In this document: piece after piece, positions 61,256 to 64,000 of the stretch
Layout: every line of letters starts with the position of its first letter
Position numbering within the stretch: position 1 is the first letter of the stretch
From: Gammaproteobacteria bacterium
GTDB lineage: Bacteria > Pseudomonadota > Gammaproteobacteria > SZUA-152
DNA: 64,000 bases
Assembly: GCA_013152545.1 (NCBI GenBank)
Contig: JAADGF010000068.1
Span: 27,400 to 91,399, forward strand
Reading direction: 5' to 3'
Made by a program: the position numbers and the translations under genes
Notes under the pieces: model-generated
Database searches by the model: none
The model's input: the letters and a program-made list of their open reading frames with translations, nothing else
Told to the model about the DNA's origin: nothing

Positions 61256-61921
61256 CTACACCATACGCTTACCGTGAAAGGGGACTGGATTGAAGTAATG
61301 CCTACCACTGCGAATTTCATTGATACGTGCCAATAGTAATTCGAAATCCTGTTGATTATTAACCAGATCAATATCTGCGGCATTGACAATTAACAATGGT
61401 GATTCATTATAATAATAAAAATATCGCGTATAAGCATCGGAAAGCTGCTGTAAATAACGACTTTCCATAAAACGTTCAAATTTCCGGTCTCGTTTATTAA
61501 TCCGATCTAATAAGGTTTGCACAGGCGCTTGCAGGTAAATGACTAAATCCGGTTGCGGTGCATCCAGCGTTAACGAAGAATATACTTGTTCATATAATCG
61601 AAATTCATCATTATCAAGCGTCAGTTGCGCAAACAAACGATCTTTTTCCATTAAAAAATCAGCCACCCGAATCGGCGCAAACAAATCGGATTGACGTAAC
61701 GCCTGTATTTGTCGTGCTCGCTGAAACAAGAAAAATAACTGCGTTGGCAACGCCGATCGTTGCGGGTTTTGATAAAATTTTTCCAAAAATGGATTATCTT
61801 CCGCCTGCTCTAATAACAATTCGGCCTGCAACTGCTCCGCCAAACATTTTGTTAGACTGGTTTTACCCACGCCAATCGGGCCTTCCACAACAATATAGCG
61901 TGGAATCTCTTGACTGCTCAT
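61256..61921 (-). CDS. Deoxynucleoside kinase
   Basis: VEGPIGVGKT, NPFLEKFY and PDLVIYLQA. Confidence 0.92.
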   Translation of the reverse strand: MSSQEIPRYIVVEGPIGVGKTSLTKCLAEQLQAELLLEQAEDNPFLEKFYQNPQRSALPTQLFFLFQRARQIQALRQSDLFAPIRVADFLMEKDRLFAQLTLDNDEFRLYEQVYSSLTLDAPQPDLVIYLQAPVQTLLDRINKRDRKFERFMESRYLQQLSDAYTRYFYYYNESPLLIVNAADIDLVNNQQDFELLLARINEIRSGRHYFNPVPFHGKRMV

Positions 61922-61989
61922 GCACTATAAACCTGTTAAATAATTTTTTAGTTTTTAGAGTTCAATCACCCATTGCTCAGTAAAAAAGA

Positions 61990-62496
61990 CTACGCAACGA
62001 TGATGGTCTTTACATCAGTCAACAATTCCAGATCACCTTTATCACACACCGTTAATAGCTGCGACAATGGCCCATGCCCTGGAATGACTAAATGCGGCGC
62101 GATTTCATGTAAAGGATACAGGACGAAAGCGCGTTCATACAGCCCAGGATGCGGTATTACCAATGTTTTAGAATTGATTATTTTTTCACCATACAACAAT
62201 ACATCCAAATCAATCGTCCTGGAAGACCAACGTTCGGAGGAACGGACACGGCCCAGAGCGGTTTCAATACGCATCAATTCCGCTAACAAATCCAATGGTG
62301 ATAAAGAAGTAACAATTTCAGCAACTGCATTAATGTAACATGGCTGGATTTTTGACCCCATAGGAGCACTTTTATACAGATTAGACATCAATAACCGTTC
62401 AATACCAGGCACGGTTTCGATCTGTATACTTGCCGCTCGTAGCTGATCAACCGGGCGACCCAAGTTACTACCCAGACCAATATAAGCGGTAATCAT
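61990..62496 (-). CDS. folK: 2-amino-4-hydroxy-6-hydroxymethyldihydropteridine diphosphokinase
   Basis: AYIGLGSNL, RTIDLDVLLYG and PHPGLYERAFVLYPL. Start at ATG 62496. Confidence 0.95.
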   Translation of the reverse strand: MITAYIGLGSNLGRPVDQLRAASIQIETVPGIERLLMSNLYKSAPMGSKIQPCYINAVAEIVTSLSPLDLLAELMRIETALGRVRSSERWSSRTIDLDVLLYGEKIINSKTLVIPHPGLYERAFVLYPLHEIAPHLVIPGHGPLSQLLTVCDKGDLELLTDVKTIIVA

Positions 62497-62527
62497 TTTT
62501 CCGAACAACGTGAGAACAACACCTTGA

Positions 62528-63859
62528 TTACTGCGCGCGGCGTCTGCGGCGGCTAGGCGATTGGATTTTTCTAACCATCGCCGCTTGGCCCTGCTCACTG
62601 GCTTCCTGGAACTTAGTCCACCATTGGCCCAACGCCATTAAATCAGGTGATACTGTTTCTGCCAATAACAATAAAAAATCGTAAGCGGCCCGAAAACGCG
62701 GCACTGTCAGTAGACGATTAGCTCTGCTACCACTACGGCCCAATAATCTGGGTTGCAAAGCCCAAATTTCCCGAGTCTGAACACTAAAGCGTTTGGGTAA
62801 CGCCACGGTTTCTGCCTGCTGGGCAATAATTTGAGCACCTGCCTGCTGGTGCGCCTGCAAACTACGCATTCCCGATGCCTGGCTTAAACCAACCAGCCTT
62901 TGCACCGGTCCCCACAATAAAATGGCAAAAAGAAAGGCTGGCGTTACTGGTTTACCCTGTGCAATGCGCGCATCGGTATTCGACAGGCCCAGTTTAATGA
63001 AGCTGTCTAAGTCAGCAGCGCCACGGTCTTCGCCACTTAGCGCCGCCTCAGTGTGCGGGAATAATTTACCAAACAATCCATAAGTACGCAGTAATTCGTA
63101 GGTTTTCGCCGCCGAACCACCAAGAAACATTTTCAGCACCTCCTCAAACAAGCGTGCAGGTGGCACGGCGTTTATACGTTCGGCAAGTGAATAAATCGGT
63201 GCCTCGGTAGAAGACTCTATTTTAAAATCAAGTTTTGCCGCAAACCTGACAGCACGCAGCATCCGAACAGGATCCTCTCGATAACGTTCCGCAGCATCAC
63301 CAATAATACGAATAAGCCCCTTTTCTAAATCAGCTAAGCCACCGGTATAATCAAGCACTGAAAAATTTTGGATATTATAATACAGAGCATTAATGGTGAA
63401 ATCGCGACGCCAGGCATCTTCTTCAATAGTGCCATAGACGTTATCACGAATCAGCATACCATCCTCCACATGTCGGCCATTAACAACCTCGGTGACGGAA
63501 ACATCGTGATGACCACGAAACGTAGCTACCTCGATATATTCCCGACCGAAGTGAACATGAACTAACCGGAAACGGCGCCCAATCAAACGACTATTGCGAA
63601 ACAGCGTACTGGCATCTTCGGGTAATGCATTGGTGACAATATCGAAATCTTTAGGATGACGATCTAACAATAAGTCGCGCACACCGCCACCGACCAAAAA
63701 TGCATCATAGTCCGCTTTTTTGAGCCGGTATAAAACCTTTAATGCCGCTTCGCTAATATTGGTGCGCGAAATAGTATGGGCGTCACGCTCGACGATAATA
63801 GGTGACAATATATTATTATGAGGTTCTTGTGGTTCCAACAGAGTTTTACTTCTAGTCAT
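62528..63859 (-). CDS. pcnB: Poly(A) polymerase I
   Basis: LVGGGVRD, PKDFD, LIGRRF, RRDFTINA, EDPVRMLRA and RFRAAYDFL. Confidence 0.96.
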   Translation of the reverse strand: MTRSKTLLEPQEPHNNILSPIIVERDAHTISRTNISEAALKVLYRLKKADYDAFLVGGGVRDLLLDRHPKDFDIVTNALPEDASTLFRNSRLIGRRFRLVHVHFGREYIEVATFRGHHDVSVTEVVNGRHVEDGMLIRDNVYGTIEEDAWRRDFTINALYYNIQNFSVLDYTGGLADLEKGLIRIIGDAAERYREDPVRMLRAVRFAAKLDFKIESSTEAPIYSLAERINAVPPARLFEEVLKMFLGGSAAKTYELLRTYGLFGKLFPHTEAALSGEDRGAADLDSFIKLGLSNTDARIAQGKPVTPAFLFAILLWGPVQRLVGLSQASGMRSLQAHQQAGAQIIAQQAETVALPKRFSVQTREIWALQPRLLGRSGSRANRLLTVPRFRAAYDFLLLLAETVSPDLMALGQWWTKFQEASEQGQAAMVRKIQSPSRRRRRAQ

Positions 63860-64000
63860 TATCCTAATACATCAGTTGAATTTACGGCGAATGGCTAACA
63901 CACGGAACCTAACGTGTTTTTCAGGCCATATTGCTCACCCTATAGGCGATACGTTTTCATCCAAAATAACCTGAAAAACACTTTATCTTCCACACGTTAG

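Noticed and set aside
1-64000. CRISPR array, tRNA or rRNA genes
   Set aside because: The repeats are dispersed palindromes, not regularly spaced direct repeats. I recognised no cloverleaf or rRNA sequence by eye.

Overview
This is a chromosomal window (about 40-45% GC by eye) from a gammaproteobacterium, most likely a reverse-Dsr sulfur oxidizer. It begins at the tail of a dsr-type cluster (YbiB/TrpD-like gene, dsrN, dsrR), followed by a NarX/NarL-type two-component pair with a Cys-rich GAF domain. Housekeeping blocks are ssb-MFS-uvrA, cysB-tauE, mutS-fdxA, ogt-xerD-yajQ-dsbC-grx, ffh-rpsP-rimM-trmD-rplS, ypjD-corC-aguA-aguB, cspD, DAHP synthase, ppc and pcnB-folK-dgk-panB-panC. A ~16 kb cyclic-nucleotide signalling cluster carries GGDEF/EAL/HD-GYP proteins and an adenylate cyclase, several with degenerate active sites. 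Three unannotated layers stand out. (1) A candidate Csr/Rsm-type sRNA (about 35468-35592, minus strand) lies at the rsmZ-syntenic position after mutS-fdxA, with a GacA-box-like palindrome about 200 bp upstream. (2) A mobile-element graveyard at 5.4-8.2 kb holds integron-cassette-like genes, an attC-like site, a group IIC-attC intron scar, another group II intron 3' end, IS3 and IS1595 remnants, and a vapBC module. (3) Many intergenic spacers are colonised by at least three families of MITE-like palindromic repeats: ERIC-like TATACCC...GGGTATA, CTAG-targeting, and GTAAC...GTTAC. I saw no rRNA, tRNA or CRISPR array. All calls come from reading motifs by eye; no database searches were run.
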